This document shows positions 57,829 to 64,000 of a DNA stretch of 64,000 bases, in pieces. The number at the start of each line of letters is the position of its first letter. Within the stretch, counting starts at the first letter, position 1. A model generated the notes under the pieces. That model did not search any database. It was given only the letters and a program-made list of their open reading frames with translations, and was not told the origin of the DNA. Origin of the DNA: Perkinsus chesapeaki ATCC PRA-425 (Eukaryota; Protista; Perkinsozoa); assembly GCA_013115145.1 (NCBI GenBank), contig JAAPAO010000063.1:1-64000 (forward strand), in the 5' to 3' direction. The position numbers and the translations under genes were made by a program.

Positions 57829-60651
57829 ATGTCCCTTGACGATACTTTACCCCAACCCGAACAACAAAAAAAAGAAGAAGTAGGAGGAGGAGTATCCATG
57901 TCGTTGGATATCTCAGATGACAAAGCAGCAGCAGAAGACACACAAGAAGAGCAGCAAGAGCTGCTAATTGTTGAACAAACACCAGTTGTATTACTAATTG
58001 ATTTTGATAAAGATATTGATGTTACTAAACAAGTTGAACCATTATTAGATGGTATTGGTTTGAGAACAGTATATGTTACAGAAAGTAGTAATTAATAATA
58101 ATAATAATTTAATAATATATTCATATAGAACCATATAATAATAAAATAACAGTTGGTATAGCAGTTGAAGATTATAAACCATTATTAAATATGGCTGAAG
58201 ATAGGTAATATAACACCACCACCTGCTACTACTACTACCGTATCATATTATTATTAATAATAATTAGGAAAGTTGTTAAGCCGTTTATTGGTGATGATGA
58301 TAATGGTAATCATTTATCACCCGAAGATATCTATTTTCGTAATGAATTGCCATTAAGTAGATATATTGGTAGTGATAATATGGCAACATTTTTAACAAAA
58401 ACTGGTAGTAATAGTAATAATAATGAGGATATATTATAATAATAAATTATAGAACAATTACAACTTATGTATTCATTAATGGAAGAAGTATTTAATAAAA
58501 AGGATAGGCCAGAAATGAAAGGTGTTTGGACATTAAAACAAGATGATAATAATAATAAAGATAAGCAGCAGCAGCAACAGCCTAAATGGTGGGGTGTAAG
58601 TTGTTGTTAATAAGATGTTTAATAAGATTTATATTAATTATTGTATTTGATATTTAGGTATTTGATACCCCTTATGATAATTATATTGTACCCAATTATG
58701 GCACAGATGTTGCACAATATTATAAATTGTTACAACAATATAGTAAATGGTTAATACCATTAGCAATAATATCAATATTCTTACAATTGTAATAATAATA
58801 ATAATAATAACGTATATTAAACAAAATAGTAATATTGATAATATTAATAGATGTGATTATCTGATTACTGGTGAAGGATATGTAATAGCATGTATAGCTT
58901 GTGTAATAAGAATTATTGTACAAGTTAATAATTATTAACATTATTATTGTAGGTTATAATATCTGTATGGGCAACATTCTTTGTTGAATCCTGGAAACGT
59001 TTATTAGCAACATGTCGTTTCAATTGGCATGCATTGCAATGTGAAGATGAATCGACATTAATTGATAATAATAATACAGAAGTAGAAGAAGAAACAGCAC
59101 CTTCAAATGATATAGTAATATTACAATTACTTCATTATTATTAATCTTGTTGTTATTATTATTAGTATATAAGAGCTGCAATATCAATGCTTGGTTTTGG
59201 TATTATGTTTGCTATTACTATTTCTATTATTATTGCTTTATTATTATTACAAGTAATAATATTATATACAATTATTCTATTACTTTAACATGTTATTATT
59301 AGGATTTATCAGAAGAAGTATCAGATTCAATAATTATACAATCCTTACCAACTATTGCATGGGTTATTGTATTAAGTGGTGGATGGCAAAAAGCATATTA
59401 TAAATTAGCTGATTATCTTACAAATAAAGAAAAACATAAGTAGTACAGTAGTAATAATTAATCAGTATTATTATTATCCATATTCTTAAAAGGTTCCGTG
59501 TAGCAAGATTTGAATCGTTATCATTGAAATTAGTTTTATTCCAATTATGTAACTATCTTGGTTGGTTCTATTATGTTGCATTTTACCGTCGTGATATTAA
59601 TTATTTAAAAAACCAGTTATTAATATTTATGACAGTTAAACAGGTAATACTATCATCATCATTTAATAATAATAATAATAATAATTTATTATTATTATTG
59701 ACAAGAAGCAGTGTTCATAATAATACGTAGGTATTTGGTAACTTTCAAGAATTAGGATTACCAATGATAATGCATTATCTCTCATCTGCTCATCATTATC
59801 ATAATGATAATAATGATAACATCATAGTTGATATTGCAATGTTACATTCGGATGATGTTTACATGGAAACGCATCATAAAGATGATAAAGGAAGAAGAGA
59901 TCATCCAACATTAGAAGATGATATTAATAAACAAAGAACAGAAGAAGAATATAATTTATTTGATGATTGGTAGTTATTATTAATTGATTGTATTATTATT
60001 ATTAGGTTTGAAATGATTGTAGATTTTGCAATTTGTGTATGTTTTGGCGCTGTTTATCCAATAGTCATACCATTATCATTGATACATACATTAACGGAAG
60101 CATATAATGATTCATATAAATTACAAAAAGTTATGAGAGGAATTGTTAATACAGACGAAATGCAAATGCAGACAACTCGTGATAATAATAATAATTAGTA
60201 CTATATTATACTTATTATTAATAGGTACATGGATAGATACATTAGAAATAATATCAATACTCGGTGTTATAACTAATGTTTGCCTTCTTTATGTAATAAT
60301 ACAATATTATTACATATAATAATAGCTACTATGTTAGATACAATTCACTAATGATAATGCAAATATAGTTGATAATAATAATAATAATACTACTTGTAGT
60401 ACCTCACTTTGGATATGTGTTATTATTGAACATGCTCTAATTGCATTAAAACTATATTTATCATGGAGCATACCAGATGTATTAATATTATTAATTATTA
60501 TATTATTAATTATTATTAGATACCAGAGGATATAGCAATTAAAGAGAGTAAAAGGAATAAAACACCTATTGTTAAGGATCCAACTATACAAGAAATGAGT
60601 ATACCAAATGAAGTACCAGCAATTCTTATAACAGGAAATAAATTACATTAA
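57829..60651 (+). CDS. Anoctamin/TMEM16 family protein, multi-exon
   Basis: KENHK, FESLSLKLVLFQLCNYLGWFYYVAF, FDDWFEMIVDFAICVCFGAVYPI, DSYKL, GTWIDTLEIISILGVITN. Confidence 0.85.
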
Positions 60652-60718
60652 TGTTTAGCGTTTCTTATTATTGTTAATTGTATTTCGTTATCAAACCCAA
60701 TAATAAATATTGATAAAT

Positions 60719-61924
60719 TTATGAATTCTTGATATAATCAACTGTTGTGGTAGTAGTAGTAGTAGGAGCTGATGGCGGTGATGACGATGCTTTACAAAGG
60801 TTGGTATTATTTATTATATTATTATTATCCCAATTAATATTACTATAAAAAGTTGGATTTGCATTTAATATTAATGATGCATTACCAATATCAGGTGTTG
60901 AATGGACATCAACATGTCTATTAGTGAACATAGTTTGTGACTAAATATTAATAAATATTATGCATAATATATAATGATAGCTTACCCTATTATTAGCCAA
61001 TGTTATTATAATAGTGGCTATATTAGTAGCATCATCAATACCACTATGTTGACGTCCTTGAAATGATAAACCTAGTATTTCAAGCATATAACTTATACTA
61101 CACCATTTCTCTAATCTAAGTGCATACCTAATAATTATTATTATAATAATATATATTATTATTACTATTACTGAAAATGTCTTCTAACATCAGCATAATG
61201 TAATGCCCATTGTGGTATAGTTATCCTTTTACGTAGACATTCTGGTACTAAGAATTTGAATATATCCCATGGACCATCAGTACCTACTATCATCAGTACT
61301 ACCACAACAACATATATAATAATAATGTACATTTATTATTATTACATATAACAAATTGATTATGCTCTCCAATTGATGATATCCTCATATTATTATTATT
61401 ACTGCATTTACTCTTTGATGATGATGATGATGATGATATAAGACGTTGTTGTGTAATAATACTTTGTGCTTGTTTTTTAGATAATCTCCCAATTGGTTTT
61501 AAACCATGATCATCCAAGAAGTTTTGGAACATATCCAATACCTTGATAATAGTATTATAAACATTATTATTAATAATATTATTATTACATCACATAATGC
61601 TGGAGCAGGATCTACTTCATCTTGAATGATACCTGTTAATTGTGTACAGAAATTAGTGAGAATACCTGATACGTGATACATAATAATATAGTAATAAGTA
61701 TTATTATTACTACTTTGTTCAGTTGGCCTAACATATGAATGAAATGTATAATCTATATTTAATGTACAAGAATTAACAAATACAACTGGGAATTCAATTA
61801 TCTCATTTAACCATTCTGTTTGTGGTGTTTGGTCACAACAAGTACCTTATAATAATAATTATAATAATAATTAATTAGTACTATTATTACATTCGAAATC
61901 TAATGCTGCGTAATAGAGTACCAT
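60719..61924 (-). CDS. ERI1-family DEDDh 3'-5' exoribonuclease, multi-exon
   Basis: ALDFECTC, EIIEFPVV, FHSYVRPTE, LTNFCTQLTGIIQDEVD, DGPWDIFKFL, FQGRQHSGIDDATNIA. Confidence 0.88.
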
Positions 61925-62019
61925 AAATACCAATATAAATACTAAAAAACAACATTGATTCTACTAATAATAAACATTATAATATATAACAGAAACAACA
62001 TCAACAACAGGGATCATCA

Positions 62020-62909
62020 TCATAGTGTTGTATTATCATTAATAAATGGTGTTTTAAATATATTGTCCAATTCATTACGATCGAAGCCTTTAGTAACAAC
62101 ATTAACATCATCATTATCATCAATAATAATATTACCCCATCTAATTAAATAATTATTATTATGTTTAGTAATTATTCTCATTATAGATATTATTACTACC
62201 TTCCTTTATTATATGATATATGTTGTTTTGCTAATTTAACAGAAGTTTGACTATATTTCAAATGTAACACTGATGCATTGTTATCACCATCTTTATGAAA
62301 CCATTTTAATGCTACCAATGCACCTATAACCACTTACAGTTCTTAATATTATTTATTATACCAACACAACCATCACCATCACCACCACTAAGACCACGAT
62401 CATCAGCTACTACCTTATTACCTTCTGCTGATGGTTGCCATAAACCTTGTATACTACGCCGTTCTGTCCATATTCTTGGACCACCATGACGTAAAAATAA
62501 ATTAGGCCCCTCACTATTACGGTATAAATTCATTAAATCTTCAATCTAACATAGTAATAAGAATATTAACTTATTATTACTACTACCTGCCAAGGCCTTA
62601 ATTTCCTCATATTAGTTGTATATGTATCACCATTCAACCATTCACCGGTTAATTGTGGATGCTCATATTGACTATGTGTTGTTATTATTTCAACCTACTA
62701 CTACTAATAATAAATTATATAATATTATATTTTACCTGAGGATTTCTATCTTTCCATGATTGCAATAGATGTCTAAAAAAGAATCTAACTCCCAAACTCG
62801 ATCCACCAGTTTCACTAAGTTGATGATAATAATATTTTTATTATTATTACTACTACCTATAACGTATTATAAGCTTCTTTAAATGCCATGCACCAGTATG
62901 AGCATTCAT
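62020..62909 (-). CDS. MRPL43: Mitochondrial ribosomal protein mL43 with C-terminal extension, multi-exon
   Basis: GAWHLKKLIIRY|SETGGSSLGVRFF...WKDRNPQ|VEII...HPQLTGEWLNG. Confidence 0.8.
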
Positions 62910-63154
62910 TATAACAATAATGATAATAAATATATATTTATTAACACAATATTGAATTATTATAATGTATCATTACATAGTATACAGTAAAACAAGTATG
63001 ACATATATTATTATTATCACAACAACAACAAGAAGAAGAAGAAGACAACAAGAGGTTACATATTATTATGTATTATTGTTAGTGGTATTATTATCATTTG
63101 ATCCATAACTTATAAAATGACTGCTATTTGTAGGTGATGATGTTGATGATTGTA

Positions 63155-64000
63155 TTAGTGGATTATTATGTATCTGTTCTTGTTGTTCTTGTTGTCCTTG
63201 TTGTTGTTGTGTTGTTGTTGATGATGATTGTATAGGATTATCAACTTGGGATACAGATACACCAACACCTGATATTCATAAATATATAACAAATGAAAAT
63301 CATTATTATTACTTTCAGCAAGTGATTCTAAATCCATTGAAGATCTTCTTAATCCATCAAATACATGATGATGATGATAAGGTGGTAGTGGTGGTGTGGA
63401 TGTTGTACCATCTATATTATTTACCTATTATACTAATATAATACTATATTTATTATATATTATTACATCTGTATTATTATATGGTAAATTACCAACGCCT
63501 ATGCCACTTGATCCTAACCTTTCCCTATTAAATATTGATGATGATGACGATGACCGCGGCAGCGGCGGCGGCGGTCTTGTTATATGTATATGACTCGATG
63601 ATGATGATGATGAATGAATACTCCTATTCTGGGTATTTATTCCTTCTTCTTGTCGTTGTTGAGTATGTTGTTGTTTTTTATTTCTTCTTCCAATTATAAA
63701 TCTATTAATAATAGAGATTAATATATCCATTATTGTTTTTGTATATTACTATTATTACTCATATGTTGTTAGTCCAGATATCCTTAGATATATATGGAAT
63801 GCTGCTAAATGTGATGCACCAATAAAGAATAATGCATTTATAACCAATGGTATAATCTGCTGATAATAATAAATATGTATAATATATTATTATTATTACT
63901 ACCTGTAATGGATAATATGAACCTTTGTCACCCCAACCGTATAAGTTAGTCCATTTATTAATATTATTAAATGATAATATTATTATACAACAAGTAATAT
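63155..64000 (-). CDS. 3' part of a DHHC palmitoyltransferase; 5' end outside the window
   Basis: FIGASHLAAFHIYLRISGLTTYE|YILI (TTxE motif after the last transmembrane helix). The DHHC motif itself is not in the window; stop position uncertain. Confidence 0.6.

Overview
Gene-dense, intron-rich eukaryotic (protist) DNA. Short GT-AG introns of about 40-70 nt, triplet microsatellites and the protein families point to a Perkinsus-like alveolate; this is an inference, not a database result. I can support about 32 protein-coding loci, one intact tRNA-Ser(AGA), one 305-bp Tc1/mariner-type MITE and a 97-N assembly gap inside a 24-bp coding tandem repeat. The sequence becomes visibly more AT-rich from left to right, and genes sit in long same-strand blocks. 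The most striking unexplained signal is a set of short spliceosomal introns carrying a tRNA T-arm/B-box-like core (GGTTCRANYCC) in either orientation. Six fall in one DEAD-box helicase gene, with further copies in SDHAF2, SRRM1-like, a hydrolase, EMC7 and PI4K. Exon boundaries were read by eye, so the ends of multi-exon genes are approximate.
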